Part shown: one piece after another, positions 20,036 to 30,368 of the stretch
Position numbering within the stretch: the first letter of the stretch is position 1
Layout: every line of letters begins with the position of its first letter
Origin: an uncultured archaeon
GTDB lineage: Archaea; Asgardarchaeota; Heimdallarchaeia; Heimdallarchaeales; Heimdallarchaeaceae
Direction of reading: 5' to 3'
DNA length: 64,000 bases
NCBI GenBank assembly: GCA_964534625.1
Contig: CAZHRF010000005.1
Location: forward strand, 1 to 64,000
Translations under genes and position numbers: made by a program
The notes under the pieces: model-generated
What the model was told of the DNA's origin: nothing
The model's input: the letters and a program-made list of their open reading frames with translations, nothing else
The model's database searches: none

Positions 20036-21706
20036 TTATTGTTTATAATGATTTACGATAGGAAACTTTCTTCCACTTCCAAACGCTTTTCTAGTAATTT
20101 TGATAGTCGGTGGTGCTTGCCATCTTTTATATTCTGCCAATTGAATTAATCTATAGACCCGTTTAACTTCTTCTTCTGGATATCCTTTCTTAACTAATTC
20201 TTTTACAGATTTCCCATTTTCGATTATTTCATCAACTAGGGGACTAACTATTTCAAAATTGAAAGGGTCATATTGATTTTCCTTCAATTCAGCTGAAGGT
20301 AATTTCTTGAATACTCTTTTTGGAATAATCTCTTTTCCTTCTTTTTCATTTACCCATTCACATAGTGCATATACGTCAAGTTTATTTACATCACCTATAA
20401 CTCCCAATCCTCCTGTTAAATCCCCATATAGAGTGCAATAGCCTAGTGCCAGTTCAGTTTTATTTCCTGTATTCAATACCAATATACCTAGATCTCTTAA
20501 TCGGTTTGAAAAATCCATTAGACAATTTCCGCGTATTCTGGGTTGAATGTTCTCATCAGCTACAGGATCATCTCTTTTTTTATCAGTACCATAATATGTT
20601 CTTACAAAATCTAATGGTATTTCTAGTGTTTTGTCATAAGCTTCCATTACTTTTTGAATACTAAATGAGGTATATACTATCCCTAGGTTAGTTGCGAGGG
20701 TTTTCGCATCATCTCTACTATGATCACTTGAATATTGTGATGGCATATACAGTCCTATAACATTTTCTTTCCCTAGTGCGTCAACAGCAATACAGGCAAC
20801 TAAAGAAGAGTCAATTCCTCCACTTAATCCCATTATGGCACGTTTGAATCCAGTTTTCCTAAAATATTCTTGTAAGCCAAATACAAGAGCATTATATTTT
20901 TCTTGTTTATCTGATTGTTCTTCAAATTCTATTTCTTTTCCTTTCCATTTCCCACTTCCAATCTTTAAAATAATAAAATCCTCTTCAAATTGTTTTCCAT
21001 ATACAATTAATTTTCCTTCAGAATCTACAACTAAACTTTGCCCATCAAAAACAAGTTCATCTTGTCCTCCAACCAGATTGACATAAACCATAGGGATGTG
21101 GTTTTTAACTGCCTTTTTCTTCAATAAGTTTAATCTTTCTTCTCCCTTATTGGCAGAATATGGTGAAGCTGAGATGTTTACAACTAACTCTGCTCCTTTT
21201 TCAACTAATAAATCTGTAACTTTAATATCATAATTTTCATCCCATAAATCTTCACATATTTCTACGCCTAATTTTAAGGTCTCATTATTAATACTTATTT
21301 CGACAGGTTCAATATCATCTTTTGTTCCTGCTTTAAAATACCGTTCCTCATCAAAAACATCATATGTTGGTAATAGTGTTTTATACACTTTTTTTTTCAA
21401 TATACCGCATTCATATATTGCTGCTGCATTGTAAACATTTCCTTTTGAATCATAATCAATAAATCCTAAAATCACAATTATATCTTTAAATTGCTTAAGT
21501 GCATCTTCCATGATTTTTTTGTTCTCTTTAACGAATACAGGTAGTGTTAACAAATCTTGGGGTGGGTAGCCAGTAATAACCCCTTCTGGAAAAATTATTA
21601 TATCGGCTTGTTTGCCTCGTGCTTTATTAATATAATGAACTATCCGGTCTATATTTCCCTCCAAATCGCCTACAATCGGATTCGTTTGTGCAATTACTAA
21701 TCTCAT
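20036..21706 (-). CDS. nadE: Glutamine-dependent NAD+ synthetase
   Basis: Nitrilase-fold N-domain (FPE, K, ICEDLW) plus GLSGGIDS, ENIQPRIR, TGNKTE and PSAEL motifs. Confidence 0.96.
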   Translation of the reverse strand: MRLVIAQTNPIVGDLEGNIDRIVHYINKARGKQADIIIFPEGVITGYPPQDLLTLPVFVKENKKIMEDALKQFKDIIVILGFIDYDSKGNVYNAAAIYECGILKKKVYKTLLPTYDVFDEERYFKAGTKDDIEPVEISINNETLKLGVEICEDLWDENYDIKVTDLLVEKGAELVVNISASPYSANKGEERLNLLKKKAVKNHIPMVYVNLVGGQDELVFDGQSLVVDSEGKLIVYGKQFEEDFIILKIGSGKWKGKEIEFEEQSDKQEKYNALVFGLQEYFRKTGFKRAIMGLSGGIDSSLVACIAVDALGKENVIGLYMPSQYSSDHSRDDAKTLATNLGIVYTSFSIQKVMEAYDKTLEIPLDFVRTYYGTDKKRDDPVADENIQPRIRGNCLMDFSNRLRDLGILVLNTGNKTELALGYCTLYGDLTGGLGVIGDVNKLDVYALCEWVNEKEGKEIIPKRVFKKLPSAELKENQYDPFNFEIVSPLVDEIIENGKSVKELVKKGYPEEEVKRVYRLIQLAEYKRWQAPPTIKITRKAFGSGRKFPIVNHYKQ

Positions 21707-21804
21707 TTTACATTCCTTAAAATAATGAATAGGGACATATCTAAAAAGATTCTATTTAGGGGAATTTTTTGCCCATATTTAAAAAATTGTATTGAATACC
21801 ACAG

Positions 21805-22734
21805 TCAATCATCTAGTATTGTTTTTCTTCTCAATTTTTCTGATATTTTCTTTATCATATCATCTAATTTCTCGTTGTTCTTTTTTTCCTCTAACGGGAA
21901 TAGGATATATTCATCTTCTATATAAACGGCCATATTTTCAGGTAACAAAAAGATCCATTCTTTCAGTTCTTTTTCATCATCAAATTTTAATCTCAGCGCT
22001 AATTCTTTTAATGATATCTTCGTATGCCTTTTTATTACTCTTTTTAGATTTTCCACTCTCTTATCTGCTAATTTCATCAATTCAATTTGTGTTTGCACTT
22101 TTGGTATTCTTTCATATGCACTCTCTACTAAATCTGACCCCGGATAAATTTCTTTTACTTTCTCAAGTAATTCCAAAGTTTCCTCTAGTTTAAATCCATC
22201 CAATAAGGAATGGCTTTTTTCTACTAATGCTTGCGCTTCTCTTTTCAGTGCTTGTTGTTCTTTAAGATATAATTGTGAGATTAATGCTGCTACTTCAGAA
22301 TTCTGTCTATCATTTTTCAATAAGTTCTGTAATATGCTTCTTGCTTCTTTTAATTCTCCCTTTTGCATATTTTCTTCTGCTTTTGCCAATTGTTGTCTAT
22401 ATACTCTTCTCGCTCTCCTGTTTTTTACGTCTTTTAATTTTTCCATTCCTTTTTGTATTTTATAACTTCGGGGAGACAACTCTAAAGCTTCGTCAAATAT
22501 CTTTTGAGCTGCTTCTATTTCCTCTTTTTCTAATAATTCATCTGCTTTTTCTAATAAATTCGTAAGCTCTTCTTCTCTTTTTTTTTCAATGTAATAGGGT
22601 AATCTTCTTAACACGATTTGGGCACGTTCATAATCCAGTATTAAAACTAGTGCTTTATCTAAGCATTCTTTTCCTTCAGCTGTTTCTAATCCTTGTAAGT
22701 GCTTTAGACCTTGATCTATTAATTCATCGACCAT
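21805..22734 (-). CDS. TPR-repeat protein with C-terminal winged-helix (PCI-like) segment; 5' end disrupted
   Basis: Repeated A..F..AL.L.P helices; KISLKELALRLKF...EWI C-terminus. The start ATG lies inside a 7-nt tandem repeat. Confidence 0.7.
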   Translation of the reverse strand: MVDELIDQGLKHLQGLETAEGKECLDKALVLILDYERAQIVLRRLPYYIEKKREEELTNLLEKADELLEKEEIEAAQKIFDEALELSPRSYKIQKGMEKLKDVKNRRARRVYRQQLAKAEENMQKGELKEARSILQNLLKNDRQNSEVAALISQLYLKEQQALKREAQALVEKSHSLLDGFKLEETLELLEKVKEIYPGSDLVESAYERIPKVQTQIELMKLADKRVENLKRVIKRHTKISLKELALRLKFDDEKELKEWIFLLPENMAVYIEDEYILFPLEEKKNNEKLDDMIKKISEKLRRKTILDD

Positions 22735-22746
22735 CGACCATCGACC
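22725..22746. repeat. Tandem repeat (CATCGAC)x3
   Basis: CATCGAC CATCGAC CATCGAC C read directly from the sequence. Confidence 0.95.
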
Positions 22747-22898
22747 TGGTTTTGGATAGTTTGTTCTTCTAATTCCATGGTGCTCTTAATTGCTTGTTGT
22801 ACTTCTTGATGTCCATTAACGATTTTTAATGCGTTTCTAAAATGTTGGATTACTTATTCTACACAAGTTTTATCAGTTGTAATTTCTATCCTTATTTA

Positions 22899-23855
22899 AT
22901 GATTGAGAACGTATTACAAGCTTATTATAGATCAAAGGACATTGCAAATCACACCCCCATATTTACTTCTACTACAGCTAACAAAATGATTGATGGCGAA
23001 TTATTTTTTAAATGTGAGAATTTTCAAAAAATTGGTGCTTTCAAATTCAGGGGAGCTTATAATGCTGTTTCGCTCCTTTCAAGGGAAGAAAAAGCCAAAG
23101 GGGTTATCACCCATTCTTCAGGAAATCACGCTCAAGCCTTATCACTTGCTTCAAAAATAGCTGGTGTGAAAGCCACTATTGTCATGCCCGAAAATGCACC
23201 CAAAGTAAAAGTTGAAGCCACTCGTGGATATGGAGCAAAAATAGTCAAATGTGGTTCTCATCCAAATGATAGAGAAGAAACAACAAAAAGATTAATAGAA
23301 AAACACAATTATACCCTGATTCATCCTTCTGATAATCTCAATGTTATATATGGACAAGGGACAGCAGCTTTAGAATTATTTAACACAATACCTCACTTGG
23401 ATTATCTTCTTACTCCTGTGGGAGGTGGTGGTTTGTTAAGTGGAAGCGCAATTACTTCCAAACACATATCTCCCTCAACAAAGGTAATAGGAGTTGAACC
23501 TTTCAATGCTGACGATGCCTATCACTCATTCAAAACGGGTGAAATCCACCCATCTGTTAATCCAAATACTATTGCTGATGGTTTACGTACTTCATTAGGA
23601 CCTAATACCTTTAACATTATCACTAAATATGTTGATGATATTATCAGAGTTACAGAAGAAGAAATTATCCAAGCCATGCAATTTCTATGGGAAAGAATGA
23701 AAATTGTGGTTGAGCCCTCGGGTGCTGTTCCTTTCGCTGGTGTATTAAGCTCGAAATTGAAGCTTCAGAACAAGCGTGTGGGTATTATACTTTCAGGAGG
23801 AAACATTGATTTAACACGGTTTTTTGAAATACTTAAAGATACAATTGAGAGATAA
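22899..23855 (+). CDS. PLP-dependent serine/threonine dehydratase or serine racemase family protein
   Basis: FKCENFQKIGAFKFRGA, SSGNHAQ, PVGGGGL, TIADGL, EPSGA and SGGN motifs; MIENV (22899) is the more likely start than 22842. Confidence 0.92.
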   Translation: MIENVLQAYYRSKDIANHTPIFTSTTANKMIDGELFFKCENFQKIGAFKFRGAYNAVSLLSREEKAKGVITHSSGNHAQALSLASKIAGVKATIVMPENAPKVKVEATRGYGAKIVKCGSHPNDREETTKRLIEKHNYTLIHPSDNLNVIYGQGTAALELFNTIPHLDYLLTPVGGGGLLSGSAITSKHISPSTKVIGVEPFNADDAYHSFKTGEIHPSVNPNTIADGLRTSLGPNTFNIITKYVDDIIRVTEEEIIQAMQFLWERMKIVVEPSGAVPFAGVLSSKLKLQNKRVGIILSGGNIDLTRFFEILKDTIER

Positions 23856-23884
23856 CACAGGTAATTTATTAAAACCTAGAAACA

Positions 23885-24017
23885 CCGGAGGTAGGTGTAA
23901 CAGCACTGAAACCTCAGTCTTCTTTGCTTTGTTCTCCTTTTGTCACGTATCCAGTTGGGTGATGTGATACACTGGCGGGTTTGGATTGGGTAAAGTACCC
24001 AAAAGGATCATGGTCAT
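23885..24017 (+). ncRNA. Short copy of the unknown structured RNA element (3' domain of 56168-56638)
   Basis: 23929-23980 is 47/52 identical to 56541-56592, with flanking AGGTGTAACA and AAAGTACCCAAAAG also shared. Confidence 0.6.
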
Positions 24018-24072
24018 ATCTAATCTTCATTAATTATTGTCAAACATTAATTTAAATCCTTGTAAATACATA

Positions 24073-25224
24073 TTATTCCATTCTATAAGTCTCTATAATG
24101 GTATCTATTAAGATATTTGAATACTCTATTAACTCATCAACTTCAACATACTCATCCGTAACATGCAGCTTATCTAACCTTCCAGGACCAAAAATAATAA
24201 ATGGGGTATTATACTTTGGTATCAATATTGCCCCATCTGTTCCATATGGCACCCCAATAATTTTTAATTCATCTTTTTCCTTTATTTTCTGTTTTAAGTT
24301 AGTATAAAACCTATGTTCTTCATTTAGTTCTAAGGCTGGCGTATCATGTAAGAGGACAATTTCAGCTTTTGCTTTTTCTTTTCTATTGAAGTCATCAATA
24401 ATTACTTCAATTTCCTTTTTCAATTTCTTTGGTTGAACACCAGGTACTAACCTAAAATCGCACGTAAACTCACAATATTCTGGCACAACATTAGGAGCCG
24501 TTCCTCCGTCTATTTTTCCTATATTCAAAGTCGAATAATCTAGTAGCTCATGTTTTTCTTTTGGTACTACCTTCTTTATTTCTGTTATTAGTTTTACTGC
24601 ACCTTCAATAGCATTAATTCCCAAGTGAGGTTTAGATCCATGAGCAGATTTTCCATTCACTTTTACTTGTACCCAATACACACCTTTTTCTGCTGTTGCT
24701 AAGCTTAATTCTGTAGGTTCTCCAATAACAACAAAATCGGTATTGTCCATTACATTTTGCTTCATACTTGCTTTTGCCCCTCCCATTCCTACTTCCTCAT
24801 CACTTGTAACTAGCAGCTTTATTGTGTGCGTTAACGTGATATTTTTCTCCTTTAATTTCTTCAGTATGGCAACAAAACAAGCAATAGCACCTTTCATATC
24901 TGTTGCTCCTCGACCATATATTTTTCCTTCTTCCTCTTTAGCTGAAAATGGTGGGTGAACCCATTTACTTTGATTTCCCTCAGGTACAACATCAATATGT
25001 CCCGTTAGTATTAAGTTATTTTTAGGTTGACCATATCTAGCTATGATATTTGCTTTATTATCTTCATAATTTTGTATTTTGACTTCAATTCCCACTTCAC
25101 GCAACAATGTTGTTATATAATTAATTGCTTCAATAGTATGACCTGGTGGATTTACTGTTTTAAAATTGATTAACTTCTGTAAAATAGGTACTACATCATC
25201 TTTTTTTATGAATAATTCTTCCAT
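24073..25224 (-). CDS. M20 family metallopeptidase (ArgE/DapE-like)
   Basis: GHIDVVP, GRGATDMKG, DEEVG, GEPT, GKSAHGS and HVTDEYV motifs. Confidence 0.92.
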   Translation of the reverse strand: MEELFIKKDDVVPILQKLINFKTVNPPGHTIEAINYITTLLREVGIEVKIQNYEDNKANIIARYGQPKNNLILTGHIDVVPEGNQSKWVHPPFSAKEEEGKIYGRGATDMKGAIACFVAILKKLKEKNITLTHTIKLLVTSDEEVGMGGAKASMKQNVMDNTDFVVIGEPTELSLATAEKGVYWVQVKVNGKSAHGSKPHLGINAIEGAVKLITEIKKVVPKEKHELLDYSTLNIGKIDGGTAPNVVPEYCEFTCDFRLVPGVQPKKLKKEIEVIIDDFNRKEKAKAEIVLLHDTPALELNEEHRFYTNLKQKIKEKDELKIIGVPYGTDGAILIPKYNTPFIIFGPGRLDKLHVTDEYVEVDELIEYSNILIDTIIETYRME

Positions 25225-25299
25225 ACTTAAAAGTTAGTTACTTACCTTTTGAATTTTTTCTCCAAAAAATAGTGATAAGTTAAATAAAGCCCAAACAGA

Positions 25300-26094
25300 T
25301 TATTCTTTCTTTACTTCTACTTCTAGCGGTTCTAATCTGCCTATTTCTAATCTAATTTTGTCTCCTACTTTTACTGGTCCTACTCCAGCTGGAGTACCTG
25401 TTGCCACTATATCTCCTACTTCTAATGTCATAATTCTAGTTATATATTCTAGCAACTGAGCTGAATTAAAGATCATCAAACTGATATTACCATCTTGTTT
25501 TAGCTCATCATTCAAAAATGTTTGAATTTTTACATTAGATGGCAAAGTACCCATTTCTATCCACGGTCCTAATGGTCCAAAGGTGTCAAATCCCTTCCCT
25601 CTTGTCCACAATTTATCGCTTTTTTGTATATCTCTTGCTGTCATATCTAGAAACCCAGTATAACCGTAAAAATCTTGAGGATTCTTTACGATTGTTTCAG
25701 CTTTAATCTTTCTCATTGGCCGTTTTATTACTAAAGCTAGTTCTCCTTCATAATCAACATGCTTCGATAGATCAGGATAAACCACCTTTCCTTTTGTCGG
25801 TACTAAACAGCTAGGTGGTTTAAAGAACAGTATTGGTTCATTCGGTGCTTTGTTTCCCAATTCTTTTGCATGTTCAACATAATTCCGTCCCACACATACA
25901 ATCTTTGACGGTTTTACTGGAAAAAGGATTTTTACTTTATTTGCATCAATCCCTACTGAATCCATATCATATTCTGCAGCTTTTTCTTGTAATACTTCAT
26001 TTATTGGATGAAAAATTTCGTAAACTTTCTTTTCATCTTTGTCATATAGAACAGGAAATACTCTTTTATCATAAGAAACTCTTCCAATTAACAT
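25300..26094 (-). CDS. Fumarylacetoacetate hydrolase family protein
   Basis: KIVCVGRNYVEHAKE, DYEGEL, DMTARD, GKGFDTF and TGTPAGVG motifs. Confidence 0.94.
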   Translation of the reverse strand: MLIGRVSYDKRVFPVLYDKDEKKVYEIFHPINEVLQEKAAEYDMDSVGIDANKVKILFPVKPSKIVCVGRNYVEHAKELGNKAPNEPILFFKPPSCLVPTKGKVVYPDLSKHVDYEGELALVIKRPMRKIKAETIVKNPQDFYGYTGFLDMTARDIQKSDKLWTRGKGFDTFGPLGPWIEMGTLPSNVKIQTFLNDELKQDGNISLMIFNSAQLLEYITRIMTLEVGDIVATGTPAGVGPVKVGDKIRLEIGRLEPLEVEVKKE

Positions 26095-26100
26095 TATTTT

Positions 26101-27654
26101 TCACTTTTTTAATACTGGTTTTATTCTATTTTTTTCTATAAATAGTTTATAATTCACGGGTCTTACCAACATGTAAATTGTCATGCCAAGTCCAATTAAA
26201 CTTGTGGCTATAAAAAACGTTACCTCATACGCATAACCATCTACATATTCATCTGGACTAAGGCTAAGAATTAATCGGGATATAGTTTCAGATTTAAAGA
26301 CTATACTCCATCCAGTAATAATAATTATAATTACTCCCACTATATACGAATATACCTTTTTGACATTTAATAATATATGTCTTTGTGCTAATAGATAAAT
26401 AGTTAGTCCTAAAATTATCATCCCTATTGATACATATGCCATAATAGTAGATATATTTGGTTGTACGATTGCATCAGCAACTGGTCCTGTTATTAGTGTA
26501 CCCCCAAGTCCCCAGGACAAATAAAATGTTGCATTGTAATATCCCATCATTTTTCCACGTATTTTGAGAGGTACAATTTTATTTACCATAGCATATGATG
26601 TAGTTTGAATAAAAACTCTTGAACTGCCTAATAGAGCCATATAAACAAAAACAAATGCCACATGTGGCATAAAGGGGAGAGATAGTGTTGCTACAAATAT
26701 CATCAAAAATCCGATTAGTAGTATATTATGATCGCCAAATTCAGTTGTAAAATAACCTATTACTAATCCTGCAATTATCATCGCCACACTACTCGTATTG
26801 CGCATTTGGGCTATTATCTGATCAGAAGCACCAAACACATAGGGTAATCTAACATATATCTGTAGCATTTGATTAATAGAATTTCCACCGATGTTAACAA
26901 TAGCTAAGACAACCAATAACCAGACAAGCAATTTCCAGTCCCATTCAACAACTTTTCTTGGTTTTATACTTAAATCATCTTTAGTTTCTTCAATTGGTGA
27001 AAATAATGAAGTTGGTCCAAGTCCACTTTCCACTTCTTCTGGTTTTTTTTCCATATCAGCATACGACTCTGGTATTAAGAAAAGAGCAAATATGCTTAAT
27101 AGCATAATTCCTGATGAAACATAAAACAAAGTTCCATTCCAAAAACCAGCTCCACCATCATAAAGAAATCCTCCCGTCGTTACACCCAAAATGTTTCCAA
27201 TACCACCTATAAACTGTAATCTTCCCATAATTGTACTTCTCTCTTTTTCAGTGGTCAAATCAGCTATTAATGTCGTCCAACCCAAGTTACTAGCACTCCA
27301 TCCTGCTTCAACTACTGTAAAACCAATTATAATTGTATAGGCAGCTCGGATTAAACTATTCTGACCTACATCCTTATGGATTAGATACACAACTAAGTAA
27401 CCGATAGCAGCGTAAATCTCTCCGAAAATAATTAATGAACGTCTTTTGAGAAATTTATCAGATATACGCCCCCATATTACAGTTTGCGCAGTTATATTTG
27501 CTATCATGGGTAATGTAGCATATAAGGTCATTACGGTGTTGCTTACACCCAAATACTCTTTCAAATAAATAGACAAAAACAAATAAAAAAGGCCACGACG
27601 AAACATTGCCATAATTTGAAATGTTGATAAACTTATAAAGTGCTTATTATCCAT
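26101..27654 (-). CDS. MFS transporter
   Basis: WGRISDKFLKRR motif A; 12 or more TM segments with extra C-terminal helices. Confidence 0.85.
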   Translation of the reverse strand: MDNKHFISLSTFQIMAMFRRGLFYLFLSIYLKEYLGVSNTVMTLYATLPMIANITAQTVIWGRISDKFLKRRSLIIFGEIYAAIGYLVVYLIHKDVGQNSLIRAAYTIIIGFTVVEAGWSASNLGWTTLIADLTTEKERSTIMGRLQFIGGIGNILGVTTGGFLYDGGAGFWNGTLFYVSSGIMLLSIFALFLIPESYADMEKKPEEVESGLGPTSLFSPIEETKDDLSIKPRKVVEWDWKLLVWLLVVLAIVNIGGNSINQMLQIYVRLPYVFGASDQIIAQMRNTSSVAMIIAGLVIGYFTTEFGDHNILLIGFLMIFVATLSLPFMPHVAFVFVYMALLGSSRVFIQTTSYAMVNKIVPLKIRGKMMGYYNATFYLSWGLGGTLITGPVADAIVQPNISTIMAYVSIGMIILGLTIYLLAQRHILLNVKKVYSYIVGVIIIIITGWSIVFKSETISRLILSLSPDEYVDGYAYEVTFFIATSLIGLGMTIYMLVRPVNYKLFIEKNRIKPVLKK

Positions 27655-27837
27655 TGGGTCTTCATCTCGTTTTCAAGCGGTTGTTTCTGTTTCCAAGATT
27701 TTTGTAACGAGTTATTAACTTTTTGTTCACACAATAATTAAAGTCAAACCGACACATTAAGTGTATTATACGAATATATTCACTACTTCTAAAAAAAACT
27801 TATTGAAAAAAGTTCTATTTAAAAATGTAATTACTAA

Positions 27838-28149
27838 TTAGCCATCTTTGTCATCATAAAAATCATAATTTTCTGCTTCAACGTCAATAACATAATCTTC
27901 TACTTTTTTTTCAATGAGAAGCTTTTGTTTATTTTTACTTTTACTTTTGTTTTTTAATTCTTTCTTAATACTTATGTGTTCTTCCCAATATTCAGAATAG
28001 TCTAACTCTTGATCTAAAAAGTCATACTCTGTTATACTCTCTTCTCCTAATTGAGCGTCATTTTTGTATAAATCTACCCATTTTTCTTCTTTTAAATCAT
28101 CAGTCCAGAGATTTGATGATTTACTTTTACTTCTTTTTGAAGGACTCAT
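27838..28149 (-). CDS. Hypothetical small charged protein
   Basis: ORF with a GAGGT RBS-like sequence upstream; alternating basic and acidic blocks; no recognisable motif. Confidence 0.5.
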   Translation of the reverse strand: MSPSKRSKSKSSNLWTDDLKEEKWVDLYKNDAQLGEESITEYDFLDQELDYSEYWEEHISIKKELKNKSKSKNKQKLLIEKKVEDYVIDVEAENYDFYDDKDG

Positions 28150-28448
28150 TTTTAGCTTCTATTACCTCACTATTTAATAGAAAAAAGTTTCATTTAGAAA
28201 CATTTTATTCTAAAAATGGAAAGTCGCTCGAGTCTTTTAAATATTCCTATTTTTCCTTTTTCTCTTATTCTTCGCTTTATCATTCATTTTCCAAATCAAC
28301 ACATTTTTATAGGACTCGCTTCATTCCCTATTTGAGGAAAAATGATAGGTGAATGCGAAACACTTCTATTGTAGTATATTTATTATATTATGTGTTAGTA
28401 TCGCTCCTATCCTTGTAAAATCCTACAACTATTTTTGGGTGAGTATAT

Positions 28449-30368
28449 ATGATTAAAGTTGAATTACCAGATGGTAGTGTACTAGAAATTAAAAAACGAA
28501 GTACTGTTTTTGATGTAGCTGAAAAAATCGGTCCTGGGTTAGCTAAAGCTGCCCTTGCAGGTAAAGTGAACCAAAAACTAGTCGATATATCTTATGAACT
28601 TAAAGAAAACTGTGAGCTAGAAATTATTACTGAACGTTCTGATGAAGCACTTGATCTTTTGAATCATAGTGCTGCACATATCTTAGCTGATGCAGTTGTT
28701 GATCTCTTTCCTAATGCCAAACCCACAATAGGACCAGCTATAGAACCAGTTGGTTTTTATTATGATTTTTATGTGGATAAACCTTTCACTCAAGAGGATT
28801 TAGAAGAGATAGAGCGACGAATGAAAGAAATTATTGAAGAAGAGAGTAAATTTGTTAGACAAGAAATGCCTATCGAAGAAGCTAAAGAATACTATAGACA
28901 AGAAGAAGAGAATAAATTTAAAATAGAACTTCTGGAAGAATTTGAGGATCAAAAGGTTTCATTCTATACTCATGGGGAAAGCGATTTTAAAGATCTTTGT
29001 CGGGGTCCACATCTTCCATCAACTGGTCATGTAAAAGCTGTTAAAGTGCTTAACACTTCTTCTGCTTTCTGGAGAGGGGATGCTAAATCAGAGAGTTTAC
29101 AACGTATTTATGGTGTAGCATTCTTTTCTAAAAAAGAGTTAAGAAAACATCTTAACATGTTAAAAGAAGCAAAGAGACGAGACCACAGAGTACTAGGACC
29201 ACAATTAGATTTATTTGATACTGCTGACGAATATGGACCAGGAATGCCATTATACTATCCAAAAGGTACTGTCTTATGGAACGTAATGGAAGAATTCTGG
29301 AAAAAAGAACATAAAAATGCCAATTATGAGATAGTCAAAACCCCTCATTTATTTAAGGAGAGTGTTTGGCAGACCTCAGGACATGTTGAATATTTCCTCG
29401 AAAACATGTTTCCTGTTGATATGCAAGGAGAAAAATGGTATGTAAAACCAATGAATTGTCCTGGACATATGATGATTTACAATCGTTCTTCTCATTCATA
29501 TAGAGAATTACCACTAAGGTATGCTGAATATGGCACTGTATATCGATACGAAATGTCTGGTGTTTTACATGGGTTGTTGAGAGTAAGAGGATTTACCCAA
29601 GATGATGCCCATTTATTTATGTTACCTGAACAATTAGAAGATGAGATAGTAGGTGTAATTCAGATGGTTGAAAAATTCTACAAGACCTATGGTTTTGATG
29701 AATGGGAGTATTTCATTAGTACCAAACCAGAGAAAGCCATTGGAGAACAACAAGGATGGGATCATGCCATCAACGCCTTACGTAATGCTCTGAAAAGGAT
29801 AGGAAAAGATTTCAAGGTAAAAGAAGGAGAAGGGGCATTCTATGGCCCTAAAATAGATGTAGACGTAAAAGACGCTATTGGGCGTAGATGGCAATTAGCG
29901 ACCATACAAGTTGATTTCAATCTACCAGAAAGATTTGATATTACTTATGTGGGAGAAGACGGACAAAAACACAAACCTTTTGTTATTCATAGAGTCATAT
30001 ACGGTGCTGTTGACAGGTTCTTAGCAATTTTGATTGAACACTACGCAGGTAAATTACCAATCTGGCTTAGTCCAGTACAAGCAGTATTAATACCAGTTAC
30101 CGACAGAAATATAGAATACGCTGATAAAGTACGGGAACAACTTGAAGAAGCAGGAATTCGTGCTGATGTTGACAATAGCGCTGAACGTATGGAATATAAA
30201 ATTCGCCAAGCTCAGTTGAAAAAGATCCCCTATATGTTAACAGTTGGAGACAAAGAAGTCGAGAAAGGAACAATTGCTGTACGCACACGAGATGGTGAAG
30301 TTGAGTTTGGTGTAGAAATCTCGGAGTTCATTAAAGAAGTGAAGAATGCTATTAAGAAGTATAAATAA
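28449..30368 (+). CDS. thrS: Threonine--tRNA ligase, bacterial/eukaryotic architecture (TGS + SAD editing domain)
   Basis: TGS start VELPDGS; HSAAH and DLCRGPH editing motifs; KPMNCPGH, LLRVRGFTQDDAH and AFYGPKID. Confidence 0.97.
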   Translation: MIKVELPDGSVLEIKKRSTVFDVAEKIGPGLAKAALAGKVNQKLVDISYELKENCELEIITERSDEALDLLNHSAAHILADAVVDLFPNAKPTIGPAIEPVGFYYDFYVDKPFTQEDLEEIERRMKEIIEEESKFVRQEMPIEEAKEYYRQEEENKFKIELLEEFEDQKVSFYTHGESDFKDLCRGPHLPSTGHVKAVKVLNTSSAFWRGDAKSESLQRIYGVAFFSKKELRKHLNMLKEAKRRDHRVLGPQLDLFDTADEYGPGMPLYYPKGTVLWNVMEEFWKKEHKNANYEIVKTPHLFKESVWQTSGHVEYFLENMFPVDMQGEKWYVKPMNCPGHMMIYNRSSHSYRELPLRYAEYGTVYRYEMSGVLHGLLRVRGFTQDDAHLFMLPEQLEDEIVGVIQMVEKFYKTYGFDEWEYFISTKPEKAIGEQQGWDHAINALRNALKRIGKDFKVKEGEGAFYGPKIDVDVKDAIGRRWQLATIQVDFNLPERFDITYVGEDGQKHKPFVIHRVIYGAVDRFLAILIEHYAGKLPIWLSPVQAVLIPVTDRNIEYADKVREQLEEAGIRADVDNSAERMEYKIRQAQLKKIPYMLTVGDKEVEKGTIAVRTRDGEVEFGVEISEFIKEVKNAIKKYK

